From an uncultured Nitrosopumilaceae archaeon (GTDB lineage Archaea; Thermoproteota; Nitrososphaeria; Nitrososphaerales; Nitrosopumilaceae), in the NCBI GenBank assembly GCA_964348355.1, contig CAYGCI010000001.1, positions 1-30,353 of the forward strand: a stretch of 30,353 nucleotides of DNA, read 5' to 3'. The position numbers and the translations under genes were made by a program. Under the pieces are notes generated by a model that saw nothing but the letters and a program-made list of their open reading frames with translations, was not told the DNA's origin and made no database searches. Shown piece by piece: positions 1 through 9,675 of this stretch. Every line of letters begins with the position of its first letter. Position 1 is the first letter of the stretch.

Positions 1-26
1 AAACGCTTCCTGTTTTTGAAGAACTT

Positions 27-236
27 TTAATCGCAACTATAGCAGCAGCGTGATCCACTATCCATCCCAGAGAGATGATCCGAAATTAGAAACCGTACAA
101 ATTTTTCAAGTAATTTCACAGATACTTGCGTTTTGTTGGCGTTTTGAGCTGATTTATGCAGATTCGTCCACAAATAATCAGAGTCTTCTAATTTCGAATC
201 AACTCTGCCACGCAAGCTGGGATCAACAGCAATATA
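27..236 (-). pseudogene. Possible decayed GNAT acetyltransferase fragment
   Basis: Minus-strand frame reads YIAVDPSLRGRVDSKLEDSDYLW...NKTQVSVKLLEKF, resembling GNAT motif A (AVDP..RG.G) and the C-terminal N..A.KLYEK.GF motif. No proper start; AT-rich compared with neighbours. Confidence 0.3.
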
Positions 237-260
237 TCAAGTACGTAGGGGACAGTACCC

Positions 261-1805
261 ATGAGGTGGAGGTTACCCGTTCTCGTCTTTGCGTTCCTGT
301 TCCTGATAAACCTGTCAGTCAGCCACGGGGCCCCCGACGTGACAGACGGCAAGAGGGCGTTCCTTTACGCGGAGAACCTGGCGCTGAACGGAAGGCTGGG
401 GCTCGCGCTGAACCTACCGTCTGCAGAGACCGAGGTCTTCCCATCCCACAGCATAAGGAGCATGGAAGAGTCGCTGCAGATAGTGGCAGACAGGTCCTAC
501 AACATCCTAGAGCCCGAGGGGGCCACCAAGGAGGAGTACATAGAGGAGTTCATGGAGCAAAACAGTGACGAGTTCTACTACCAAGTGCCGCTGGTTCTGC
601 CCGTACTGGCAGCACCCCTGTATGTGGTAGCCGAGGCTGTCGGCGCGGTGCCGATCGAGTTCGTCCCGCTCTACCTGAACTCGGTCATAATCGCCGTCTT
701 TGGGGTGGTACTCCTTGCCATTGGGCGGGAGATGTTCGGCTCGGACAGGATCGGGTTCGTCATGGCCCTTCTGCTTGGCCTTACCACGTTTATGTGGCCG
801 TACGTCTCGAGCATGTTTTCCAGGCCGCTTGCCATCATGCTCCTGTTCCTCGGCCTGTACCTGGTCCTGTACTGCAAGAACAGGCCTGGCATCCTGCTTC
901 CGGTTCTGGCCGGTGCCGCCATCGGGTTCTCATATATAGCACACCCCAACCTGCTCACCCTGGCGCCTGCCGCCGTGGCCTTTGGCGTGTTCCGGCTCAG
1001 GAGGAGCAGGAGGCAGATCATCGCCCTCATCCTGGTCTCCATTATAATGATCGGTTTCATGGCACTCCTGAACCAGTACAGGTTCGGCGCCGTCGACGCG
1101 TTTGGCTGGTCGACAAAGTCCATACAGCACCATGCCGGCATGGTTGCCGCCGCCAACATTCGTCCAGGCGGGTTTGTAGACCTGCTGATCAGCCCCAGCG
1201 ACAGCGTGTTCCTGTACATCCCGCTGATAGTGCTACACCCGCTGGGCCTGTACTACATCTACAGGAGGGACAGGGCCCTGGCGCTGCTCCTGGCATATGT
1301 CACCGTGGCGACGTACATGGCCACGGCCAACGTGCTTGCGTGGAACACGCTAGGAAACGGCTGGGGGCCCCACCGGTACCTGCTTCCCCTGGTTCCCGGA
1401 ATAGTAGTCTCTGCAGGGGCCGTAGTCGCAAGGCATTCGCACTCGCTAAAGGCAGCGGTACCGGTGGTAACCCTGGCGTGCGTGGGCTTTTACGCAAACC
1501 TGCACGGCGCCCTGGTGTTCTTTCTCTGGTACAGCTCGTACCTGACCAGGGAGCTGGGCGTGGCCGACACGGTCTCGGCAATACGCAGACTCGAGCACTC
1601 TGTCATCCCCATAACCCAGAGGATCATAGAGGAGGGATACGTCCACTCGCACACCGGATGCCATGTAACGCCCTACTATTACTGCGAGTACGGAGTCTGG
1701 GCCGTGGCCGTTCTTGCCGCGCTGATCGCCCTTTCTGGGTTCCTCATACTGCGCTTGCTGGAGATCCGGGCTCCGCGGCAGACGGGGCGCGGGGCCGCCG
1801 CGTAG
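261..1805 (+). CDS. Polytopic membrane glycosyltransferase, GT-C fold (ArnT/PMT_2/GT39-like)
   Basis: 514 aa with about 11-13 hydrophobic segments, an acidic first external loop (APDVTDG) and a WGPHRYLLP motif typical of GT-C proteins; adjacent to rmlD and GT2 genes. Confidence 0.7.
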   Translation: MRWRLPVLVFAFLFLINLSVSHGAPDVTDGKRAFLYAENLALNGRLGLALNLPSAETEVFPSHSIRSMEESLQIVADRSYNILEPEGATKEEYIEEFMEQNSDEFYYQVPLVLPVLAAPLYVVAEAVGAVPIEFVPLYLNSVIIAVFGVVLLAIGREMFGSDRIGFVMALLLGLTTFMWPYVSSMFSRPLAIMLLFLGLYLVLYCKNRPGILLPVLAGAAIGFSYIAHPNLLTLAPAAVAFGVFRLRRSRRQIIALILVSIIMIGFMALLNQYRFGAVDAFGWSTKSIQHHAGMVAAANIRPGGFVDLLISPSDSVFLYIPLIVLHPLGLYYIYRRDRALALLLAYVTVATYMATANVLAWNTLGNGWGPHRYLLPLVPGIVVSAGAVVARHSHSLKAAVPVVTLACVGFYANLHGALVFFLWYSSYLTRELGVADTVSAIRRLEHSVIPITQRIIEEGYVHSHTGCHVTPYYYCEYGVWAVAVLAALIALSGFLILRLLEIRAPRQTGRGAAA

Positions 1806-2169
1806 TTTTACCCGACTCGTCTGCCTCATCTTCTCCTGATCCTGCCTGGGCCTTTTCACGCAGTGGATCCTCCCCTCGCACTGCTTGATCATCTCCAGCT
1901 GGTGCGTCAGCTCGATCTCTGACTTTGCCATCACGTGGGCAAAATTGCCAATTCCGTTTATTCATAAAATCAAGTACGAGGCCACCTCCCCGTGAGCAGT
2001 TGCGCACAGGCTTGGCTGCATCTGTGATTTTTACAAGCCCGCAGGCGGACGTGGCCTCATACGATCTGAAAGTAAACCACCCTGACCGCTGATGCGAGGT
2101 CGCCTGCCCATGAACCCCAAACCGGAAAACACGACGCATCCGTACTGCATTAGAATGAGGGCTCGTCTA

Positions 2170-3111
2170 TCAGGCATCTGGAAGCAGATCCGGGGACTCG
2201 GAGAGCACCTGTCTCTTCATTATCTTCAGGGACTCCTCTGTGCTGAGAAGCCTCAGGCCAAACTCGGCCGCCCTGCTGCAGTCCAGACAGGAAAACGGGG
2301 GCCTTTTTGCCTTTTGCCTGAGCTGCGATGAGTCGGCAGGACGGATGAGGCCGGGATCAAAGCCGAACTCCCTTGCAAGCTTTACGCTGAAATCAAACCT
2401 GCTCTCGCACGAAGTTCCGGCGACATGAAAGGTTCCGCCGGCCCCCGTACCTGCAAGCCTCAGGGAGGCCTCTGCCAGCGAATCAGCCAGGGTGGCCGTG
2501 GCAAACTGGTCAGTCACGATATTGAGCGCCTCGTTGTTATGCAGCCTCGTCAGCAGCCACATTGCAAAATTCATCGGCTTGCCCGAGCTGGAGGCAGTGC
2601 CGGACAGCTCCAGCGGGGTCCACCCATAGACCACGCTGGGGCGCACAACCACGTGGGAGGAGCCCTCCAGCATCTTCTCGCCGGACAGCTTGGACTCGCC
2701 GTACCTGCTGACAGGTACCGGGACATCGTCTTCAGAATACGGTGAGCTGCTGCCCCCGTTAAACACATAATCCGTCGATATGTGCACTAGTCGGGAGTCG
2801 TACCTGTCGCAGTTTTTTTTCATGAATCCGACGGCCTCGCTGTTCACGGAAAACGCCCTAGACGGGTTGTCCTCGCAAAAATCAACGCTGTGCAGCGCAG
2901 TCGTGTTTATAACAAGGTCAGGCTCAAACGCAGAGAAGAGATCCCCCAGCGCGGCCTCGTCTGTAACATCTACCTGCCTTGTCTGGCAGCCCTCAATCCG
3001 GGTCGGCCTGGCATTGTATGTCCCAAGTACGTCGTATTTCTCGGACGCGATACTTGCTATCTTGTATCCGGTCAGCCCGCTTGCACCGAGAACCAGCAGT
3101 TTTTTTGCCAT
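2170..3111 (-). CDS. rfbD: dTDP-4-dehydrorhamnose reductase family (RmlD, extended SDR)
   Basis: GASGLTG Rossmann motif, HISTDYVF, YGESK (YxxxK), RPSVVYG, DQFATAT and KRPPFSCLD. Confidence 0.9.
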   Translation of the reverse strand: MAKKLLVLGASGLTGYKIASIASEKYDVLGTYNARPTRIEGCQTRQVDVTDEAALGDLFSAFEPDLVINTTALHSVDFCEDNPSRAFSVNSEAVGFMKKNCDRYDSRLVHISTDYVFNGGSSSPYSEDDVPVPVSRYGESKLSGEKMLEGSSHVVVRPSVVYGWTPLELSGTASSSGKPMNFAMWLLTRLHNNEALNIVTDQFATATLADSLAEASLRLAGTGAGGTFHVAGTSCESRFDFSVKLAREFGFDPGLIRPADSSQLRQKAKRPPFSCLDCSRAAEFGLRLLSTEESLKIMKRQVLSESPDLLPDA

Positions 3112-3189
3112 CAGGCCACAACCTCCAATAAAATCAAATCCCTTATTTCAGTCTTCCCAGAAATGCCACACAAAACGGCTCCAGATTCA

Positions 3190-3565
3190 AGACAGTCCAA
3201 ACCAGGCGCCTGCAGATCCGCACGCCGTCGTCTGCACCGCCATGAGTCTGGTTACGTCTGGGAAGCAACCCAGAATAGCGCATTCTGACCGAAACGGATC
3301 AGGCATGGACGGTCCCAGAGGGCACCTCACGCCTTACCAGAAGGATCAGCTGAGACGTGATGCCACTAACGGCCCCCGCGCATACAGGTACCCCGGGGGC
3401 CGTCAGCGACGACATGGCCACATGCGGGCATGCTGCACAGCCCAGGCTTTGGGCACAAAAGACCGGCTGCGTGTCCAGGTATGGTTGTGCAGCAAGCAAC
3501 CGCTGTATCCCAGTGAAGAACGCAGGTTCATGAAATCCCGGACTGGGCTCAGAGGCACTCCGTGA
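3190..3565 (+). mobile_element. Highly degraded IS630-family transposase remnant (HTH/winged-HTH part)
   Basis: Frame GPRGHLTPYQKDQLRRDATNGPRAY matches the IS630 GRP..L...Q..QLR.DL..GP motif and the QLRTDLTAGPRSCG segment of the remnant at 23.3-23.9 kb. Frameshifted, with no DDE domain; limits approximate. Confidence 0.55.
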
Positions 3566-3643
3566 CGTCTTGATCCTTACGAACTTTTGTTTCACGCCAT
3601 ATCTATAGTCAGCATGTGTCAGTGGATGTTTCTTCAGACCGGG

Positions 3644-4660
3644 TCACTTGAGAATCAGGCCCCTTGTAATGAGATCCCCGGTGCTGCACCTTCTTCTTGA
3701 TTTTATCCAGACACGTTTTTTGTTCAGATACCGGATGTTTTGAAGAAGCCAGAGTATGCTCTTGAGGACTATCTTGATGTCGGGGTTTTGTGCGGCGCCG
3801 GTCTCATATTTGGTGGGGGTGACAGAGGTGGAGCCGCGAAGCGCATAGTCAAGCTTGATTCTCATCTCGCGCAGTCCATAGACTGCCAGAAATCCCAATA
3901 CTGCCCTAAGGGATGCCGGAAGCTCAAAGTTGGTCACCTTCATGGACAGCTGGTTTTTTGCGCCGTGAAAGGAGATCTCCCCGCCGAGTCTTTTCGTGGT
4001 CTGCCCCCCCAGGTGAAAGACTACCGACGAGGGAACGGTATAGTTCTCGTATCCCAGTATGCACAGCCTCCAGCCAAGATCCACGTCCTCAAAGGACAGG
4101 AAGAACTTTTCGTCGAATCCGCCCAGCTGCGAAAAGACGTCCTTGCGCATCAGCATGGAGGCGGCCTTGGCGCTGAGCATCCTGCGTGGGCCTGAGATCC
4201 TTTCCTTTGAGCTAAAGGAGACGCCAAGACGGTCTATAAAGTCCCCGCTAGAGTCCACGTTGTGATCGGCGTCCAATAGCAGGCTTTGGCACGAGCCCAC
4301 CCTGTCGTTGTCTTGTGCCGCAGATACCAGCTCGGTAAGAAATCCGGGGGTGGCTATGGTGTCGTTGTTTAGAAACAGGAGGTACTCGCCGCCGGCCTTG
4401 GCAGCGCCAAGGTTGTTCGGATACGCAAACCCGAGATTCTTTTCCAGTTCTAGGATTTTTGCCCCGGGATAGTGTTCTCGTACGAGCCGTACGCTGCCGT
4501 CCTCTGATCCGTTGTCTACGAGAATTACCTCAAAGTTCGGATACGAGTTGCCGTAGATGCTGTCAAGGCAGCTTTTCAGCAGGTCCTCGCCGTTATAGTT
4601 TACTATAATTATGGAGACCAGCGGATTCTCAGACACAGGATGCCTTGGCTTGGGAATCAT
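3644..4660 (-). CDS. Glycosyltransferase family 2 (WbbL/GT2-like)
   Basis: VSIIIVNYNG, VDNGSEDGS, GFAYPNNLG, LFLNNDT, GGFDEKFFLSFEDVDLGWR and VFHLGG. Confidence 0.92.
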   Translation of the reverse strand: MIPKPRHPVSENPLVSIIIVNYNGEDLLKSCLDSIYGNSYPNFEVILVDNGSEDGSVRLVREHYPGAKILELEKNLGFAYPNNLGAAKAGGEYLLFLNNDTIATPGFLTELVSAAQDNDRVGSCQSLLLDADHNVDSSGDFIDRLGVSFSSKERISGPRRMLSAKAASMLMRKDVFSQLGGFDEKFFLSFEDVDLGWRLCILGYENYTVPSSVVFHLGGQTTKRLGGEISFHGAKNQLSMKVTNFELPASLRAVLGFLAVYGLREMRIKLDYALRGSTSVTPTKYETGAAQNPDIKIVLKSILWLLQNIRYLNKKRVWIKSRRRCSTGDLITRGLILK

Positions 4661-4677
4661 AAAATGATTTTGAAGGG

Positions 4678-5565
4678 CTATCTTGAGCTCCTTATGTTGT
4701 TTAGGTAAAAGACAAGCAGCCTGTCGGCCTGGCCGGCGGGCAGCACCCTTGATAGGATCCTCAGGCCGGAGCTCATGAGCCTTTTGGAGACCGGCTTGCT
4801 GCGCCTGAAATGTGCCAGCGCGTCCGCATACCGGAGCTGCTCCTCGGGGGCCAGCCTTTGGAGGATGTCGAGGCGTACCTGCTCCGTGTGCAGCAGCGAG
4901 TCAAGCACCCGCTGCCGGGACAGCTGCTGCGGGTGAATCCTGTACTTTAGCAGCGGCCTGCCAACCAGGCAGAATCTCATCCGGTGGATCAATCCGGCCT
5001 CCAGGAAGAGTGCATAGTCGACGGATACGGGATCGGCCGGCCGGGGGATGCCGCATCCCCTTTCAAAGAGTCTGCCGGGGATCAGGCTTGTGTTGACGTT
5101 GATCTGCTGCCCGTCAAGCAGTCTTACATTGAAATCAAAGCTGTTCAGGCGGTTATAGTCGGTCTCAGAAAAGCTCCGCAGGAATCTGCCGCCGGCATCA
5201 ATCATGTCCCAGTTTGAGTACACAATATAGTCGTCGCCCAGCTCGCAGGACTTGGCCGCAAGCTCCTCGATCATGCGGGGATGCATGATGTCGTCCGGGG
5301 AGAACCACTTGAACCAGTTTCCCCGCATCCTCTCAACGCCCGCCTGCAGGGCGGCGGCCAGGCCCCTGTTCTCCTGGTCAACTATCGTAATTCTGCCCGA
5401 AAAGGCCTTCAGGATGTCCAGCGACCCGTCCCTAGAGCCGTCATTAACTGCTATTACTTCCATATCACCATAGGTCTGATCCAAGACGGATGACAGCGAC
5501 TCGGAGAGGAACTTTTCAGAGTTGTACACGGGGAGGACGACTGAGACGGTCTTGTTGCGGGCCAT
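4678..5565 (-). CDS. Glycosyltransferase family 2
   Basis: VSVVLPVYNSE, VNDGSRDGS, QENRGLAAALQAG, WFSPDD (DxD-like) and YRIHPQQLS. Confidence 0.9.
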   Translation of the reverse strand: MARNKTVSVVLPVYNSEKFLSESLSSVLDQTYGDMEVIAVNDGSRDGSLDILKAFSGRITIVDQENRGLAAALQAGVERMRGNWFKWFSPDDIMHPRMIEELAAKSCELGDDYIVYSNWDMIDAGGRFLRSFSETDYNRLNSFDFNVRLLDGQQINVNTSLIPGRLFERGCGIPRPADPVSVDYALFLEAGLIHRMRFCLVGRPLLKYRIHPQQLSRQRVLDSLLHTEQVRLDILQRLAPEEQLRYADALAHFRRSKPVSKRLMSSGLRILSRVLPAGQADRLLVFYLNNIRSSR

Positions 5566-5597
5566 TGCTGTATTGGGAAAAAATGAATGTTATAATT

Positions 5598-6608
5598 CTA
5601 GCCTAGCTTTGACTTTATGTAGCTGATCGAGGGAACAGGTGAGGGATCCACGCCCTCCAGAACGGCCTTGTAGATGGAGCAATAGTCAAGCAGGTAGACA
5701 AGGCACATCATCTTTGTCAGTATGTTGCCCCGCTCGGAGAGCACCTCCCGGTAACGAATCCGGTTTTCTGCAAAGTACTGCTTTAGGACATCCCAGCGCT
5801 CCTTCGTGTTTGTGTGATCGTCTGCCCCCCTGATCAGGACGGGCCTGATCCCAGAGTCCCTCTCCCAGGCAACAATCCCGTTGTGGCACATCTCTATGAC
5901 ATCCTCCACAAACGCGTGCGTTTTTGCGTTCTCCTGCAGCGAGCTTTTGAACCTGACTGCCGCGGCATACATGCCATAGGGATAGTAGATTGCGGGGATC
6001 TCCGAGATAAAGCCTGCCAGATCCAGCGAGGGGTTGCTCCCGGTCAAGTTAGAGGAGGATATCCTCAGTGAGGTCTCCTCCAGCTTGGAGACGGACTCTA
6101 GCACGTCCGATGGGGAGACTGGAAGGCAGGATTCCAGTACGTTCAGTATCGAGTATACGTAGACGGGAAATGACGCCCTCGGGGAGTGAATCATTGGGAT
6201 TTTTTTGTGAATGATGCCGTTTTGCGTGCAAAAGGATCCTATCTTGTTTCCAGAGGAGAATGCTATCAGCTTGCAGTTTAGCTTGTGGGCGCGCTTGAGA
6301 ACCGAGAGGGTCTCGACGGTGTTTCCAGAGACGCTGGTGCACACCACGAGGGAGTTACTTGAGACGGTGCTAGGCAGCACGTACCCCTTGACTATACTTA
6401 CATGAATGCCGGTCTTTGACAGTATTGACCCGAAGAGATCCCCTATTGCGCCCGAGCCGCCCATGCCCGAAAACACGATGTGCTCGATGTCCTCAAAGTC
6501 AACCGCACCCAGGTCCCTCTCATAGGCCTCCCTTGCAGACCCCGGCCACTCGTCGTAGGCCCTGTACATTCCAGATCTGTCTATCCCGTCCAAGGCTGAC
6601 CTGTCCAT
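5598..6608 (-). CDS. Bifunctional phosphoglucose/phosphomannose isomerase (SIS domain, PGI/PMI)
   Basis: SGMGGSGAIGD, SVSGNTVETL, HSPRASFP, RFKSSLQENAK, EMCHNGIVAW and VDPSPVPSI. Confidence 0.88.
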   Translation of the reverse strand: MDRSALDGIDRSGMYRAYDEWPGSAREAYERDLGAVDFEDIEHIVFSGMGGSGAIGDLFGSILSKTGIHVSIVKGYVLPSTVSSNSLVVCTSVSGNTVETLSVLKRAHKLNCKLIAFSSGNKIGSFCTQNGIIHKKIPMIHSPRASFPVYVYSILNVLESCLPVSPSDVLESVSKLEETSLRISSSNLTGSNPSLDLAGFISEIPAIYYPYGMYAAAVRFKSSLQENAKTHAFVEDVIEMCHNGIVAWERDSGIRPVLIRGADDHTNTKERWDVLKQYFAENRIRYREVLSERGNILTKMMCLVYLLDYCSIYKAVLEGVDPSPVPSISYIKSKLG

Positions 6609-6673
6609 GCCGGTCAGACCATATGCTGCTCATTTAATCATTGCCAACACGGCTGGAGGGGCTTCAATAACAA

Positions 6674-6680
6674 TTTAAAC
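6674..6680 (+). promoter_or_regulatory. Putative archaeal TATA box for the 6.7 kb membrane protein
   Basis: TTTAAAC preceded by A-rich CAATAACAA, 23-29 nt upstream of ATG 6703. Confidence 0.5.
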
Positions 6681-6702
6681 GGATGACGGGGCCGGATAAT
6701 TG

Positions 6703-7920
6703 ATGGGTCAAAAAAAGGCTTTCCTGTATGCGGGGTTTTTGTTCTCACTGGCAATAGCCCTCACAAGCTCCGTTCCGATAATATTTCCGGCGTCACTGAC
6801 GCTGTCAGAGAACATAATCCCGGAGATCTCCCAGACGGGGCCGGACAGGTTTGAGGCCGGGGTCTGGGCGGCGCCGCTAATTGTGACCAATGCTGCCGTC
6901 TTTGGCCTGATGCTTTTGCACCTCAGAGGCAAGGTTCCCAGGCTGGCGGGTTTTTTTGCCAGGCTGCTGGGCTTTGAGATATCAAAAAGAACCGCCCTTG
7001 CAGTCTTGGCTGTTGTTCTCGGCATATACGTCTCACTGTCGGCAGGGGAGCTTGCGACGGAGGACGAGTGGGAGGACTGGGAAAACCTGAAAAGAACGCT
7101 GGAGGTATGGACGCCGGACTCCGTATCATACGGGTACGAGCCGCACGTGACATACGCGCTGACGGTGGCATCGATGAGGGCCTTTGGAAACTATGCGGTG
7201 ATTCCGTTCATGGCGTCAATACTGCTGGTGATCCTGACATACCTGTTCACGGTTCAGCTGACGCAAAAGCGGTTTGCCGGGGTCGTATCAAGCGTCATCC
7301 TGCTTCAGAGCAACGTGTTTTTGTCGTACGACACGTCGGCAACGTACACGAACTTTTGGGTTCTGCTTTACGTGGCGTCGCTGTATCTGGCCAAGCGGAA
7401 GTGGTTCCTCTCGCCTGCATCATTCGTTCTCTCGATTCCGGCCAAGGCGCTTACTGCAATGTTTGCGCCCATGTCGGTCTACTATTACCTGCAGGCAGAC
7501 ATTGCAAGATCCAGCAAGATCATGCTTGTCGGAATCGTCGCAGCGGTGATAATTGCAGGGATGGTCCTGGCATCGTCCGGACCGTCTGCAGGTGGGCAGG
7601 TGGGCGAGGCGTTTGATGCATCGGAGTTCTGGATGGGGTTCTCCTCGCTTGCCAACCAGCTGAGATGGGACGGCATCGTACTGCTGTTTCTGATTCCGCT
7701 AATAGTGGGGCTGTTCATGTCCTCGATGCGCGGGGTGAGGCACGCAGACACGATCATGGTCATCATTGCCGGGATGCTGCTCATAGCCCCCCTGCTGACG
7801 GGATTCAGCACGCAGACAAACCAGCCCTACAGGTTCGTTCCCCTGGTCGTATTTTTTGCCATAGGGGTGGGCGTGCTGCTGTCAGGAATCCCTACACCGA
7901 GCGGACAAAGGTCCAGATAG
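6703..7920 (+). CDS. Polytopic membrane protein, probable GT-C-like glycosyltransferase
   Basis: About 405 aa with around 11 hydrophobic segments, an acidic loop EDEWEDW and a C-terminal PYRFVPL motif; located in a glycosylation cluster. ATG 6703 (TTG 6700 alternative); 3' end overlaps the convergent gene by 29 bp. Confidence 0.6.
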   Translation: MGQKKAFLYAGFLFSLAIALTSSVPIIFPASLTLSENIIPEISQTGPDRFEAGVWAAPLIVTNAAVFGLMLLHLRGKVPRLAGFFARLLGFEISKRTALAVLAVVLGIYVSLSAGELATEDEWEDWENLKRTLEVWTPDSVSYGYEPHVTYALTVASMRAFGNYAVIPFMASILLVILTYLFTVQLTQKRFAGVVSSVILLQSNVFLSYDTSATYTNFWVLLYVASLYLAKRKWFLSPASFVLSIPAKALTAMFAPMSVYYYLQADIARSSKIMLVGIVAAVIIAGMVLASSGPSAGGQVGEAFDASEFWMGFSSLANQLRWDGIVLLFLIPLIVGLFMSSMRGVRHADTIMVIIAGMLLIAPLLTGFSTQTNQPYRFVPLVVFFAIGVGVLLSGIPTPSGQRSR

Positions 7921-8326
7921 ACTCCAAGGTGTCGCCGGGGGATACCGGGTACCCGTCATGTGAAAAGCGCGCAATGTGCACGCGCTGGCCGTCGATGCTG
8001 TCGTGCAGGTTGGTGCTGGCAATCACGTCATTGTCGGCAAAGGTCTTCTCCTGGGCCCTTCTTATCACCTGGTAGGACTGGCCGTCGATTGAGACGAGTG
8101 CGGAGCCGCGGGGGGCCTCAGAATCCAGCAGTGACTGCAGCGCGGGAATGTCAAGGGTGGTAAACTTGCTGGATTCCAGGTATGCGATCAGCACGCCGTC
8201 TGAGTTCCTTACTATGGTCTGGACAAGGATGAATATTCCGTCGTCTATGCTGGTCTGATACTGGGCAAATGCGGGGGTGAACGCAAGCAGTGACAGCAGC
8301 ATCAGGGAGCCGAGTAGCAGCCTCAT
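7892..8326 (-). CDS. Hypothetical secreted or membrane-anchored protein
   Basis: 144 aa with a signal-peptide-like N-terminus (MRLLLGSLMLLSLLAFTPAFA) and natural composition; fills the gap between flanking genes. Confidence 0.75.
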   Translation of the reverse strand: MRLLLGSLMLLSLLAFTPAFAQYQTSIDDGIFILVQTIVRNSDGVLIAYLESSKFTTLDIPALQSLLDSEAPRGSALVSIDGQSYQVIRRAQEKTFADNDVIASTNLHDSIDGQRVHIARFSHDGYPVSPGDTLESIWTFVRSV

Positions 8327-8351
8327 GGCTTGGTAAGAGGCCGGAATTAAT

Positions 8352-9674
8352 TTAGTTCTTTCCCAGGAGGCCCTTGTACAGGGCGATTGCCTCGGACTCG
8401 TCCCTGGGCCCGACCACTACTGCCGAGCCCCTCTTCATAAAGCTCACAGAATAGTCGTCGTTGCGCACAGACAGGCCCAGCTCGCCCCGGTTGTCAACGG
8501 CAAGTCCCCGGGATTGTGCAGCAGCTGTGATGCCGGCAACGTCAATGTCAAGGGCGCTCGTCGGGGTAATCGAAAACGTGCGCTTGCCGCGGTTGCGTCC
8601 GCATAGCTCCTCCAGGATCAGCTCCTCCCTCGGGGCGTCCTCGGCCTCTCCGGAGCCGCATACGGGGCACTCTTCTGCCCTGAAGGTCCTTGTACTTGAA
8701 AAGTCCATGCTCTCCAGGTCTATGTGCAGGATTCTCCCAGACAGGGCTGGCTTTTTGCCGAGAATTGCCTTTACTGCCTCTGCAACCTCGATTCCCCCCA
8801 CAATCGACAGGATTGCGGGATGGACGCCCTCTATGCTGCATGTGGGCATCGAGTCCTCGTCCAGCGCGGGGAACATGCAGTGATAGCACGCGCTCTCCCC
8901 GGGCAGTACGGTAAATGCCTGGCCGGAGACCCCCACTGCGGCCCCCGTGACGAAGGGAATTCCAAGCTTGACGCACGCCTTGTTTAGCGCATACCTGGCA
9001 TTGACGCTGTCCAGTGCATCGACTACCACATCGCATCCCTCTATGACCTCCGGTGCGGTATAGTCGTTGACCGAGATTGCCAGTGCCTCGACTGTGCACC
9101 CCGGGTTTAGTTTCCTGAGCTTCTTGGAGGCCGCCTCCACCTTTACTGCCCCGACGTCGTCCTCGTCAAACATCGTCTGCCTGTGCAGGTTTGACAGCTC
9201 AACGACATCCCTGTCTACGATACGCAGCGTGCCGACGCCCATGGCGGCAAGTCTTGACGCAGCGGGATTGCCGAGTCCGCCCGCACCTACAACGCACACC
9301 CTGGAGTTTTTGAGCTTGAGCTGTCCCTCGTATCCGATTTCCTCGAGCATCACCTGGCGCGAGAACCGGTCCAGCTCCCTGCTGGAGAGCTCCTGCGAGC
9401 CGCCGGCCACTGCCGGAAGGATGTAGACCTCATCGCCGTCCTTGAGCTCGATGTCCATGCCGCCCGAAAACCTCGCGTTTTTGCCGTTGACGTAGACGTT
9501 GATTAGCGAGCGGGGCCTGCCGTCTGCCTCAAGAACCCTGCGCCTAAAGTCATCGCCCATCGCCTCGGAGATCTTTGCAAACGCATCCTGCAGCGAGTCT
9601 GCAGAAAGGCCGGTTTTTTTCTCTCCGCCGCCCCGGTTCAGGACAGAGGGAATCGTAAACGTGATGCTTGCCAT
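8352..9674 (-). CDS. Fusion of MoaD/ThiS ubiquitin-like domain and ThiF/MoeB E1-like adenylyltransferase
   Basis: Residues 1-92 are a beta-grasp domain ending LPAVAGG. The E1 part has GAGGLG, DRDVVELSNLHRQ, the CYHC/CPVC Zn pair, an MPTC cysteine and an LCGR C-terminal domain. Confidence 0.9.
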   Translation of the reverse strand: MASITFTIPSVLNRGGGEKKTGLSADSLQDAFAKISEAMGDDFRRRVLEADGRPRSLINVYVNGKNARFSGGMDIELKDGDEVYILPAVAGGSQELSSRELDRFSRQVMLEEIGYEGQLKLKNSRVCVVGAGGLGNPAASRLAAMGVGTLRIVDRDVVELSNLHRQTMFDEDDVGAVKVEAASKKLRKLNPGCTVEALAISVNDYTAPEVIEGCDVVVDALDSVNARYALNKACVKLGIPFVTGAAVGVSGQAFTVLPGESACYHCMFPALDEDSMPTCSIEGVHPAILSIVGGIEVAEAVKAILGKKPALSGRILHIDLESMDFSSTRTFRAEECPVCGSGEAEDAPREELILEELCGRNRGKRTFSITPTSALDIDVAGITAAAQSRGLAVDNRGELGLSVRNDDYSVSFMKRGSAVVVGPRDESEAIALYKGLLGKN

Positions 9675-9675
9675 C

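Noticed and set aside
1806-2169. Spacer with faint transposase-like words on the minus strand (LGFMGRRPR; INGIGNFAHVMAKSEI)
   Set aside because: The hints point to different families (IS630 versus IS110) and are too short to support either.
3369-3403. Perfect 10-bp inverted repeat ACGGCCCCCG/CGGGGGCCGT
   Set aside because: It lies inside the IS630 relic's former coding sequence, has no T-run and has no second copy in the window.
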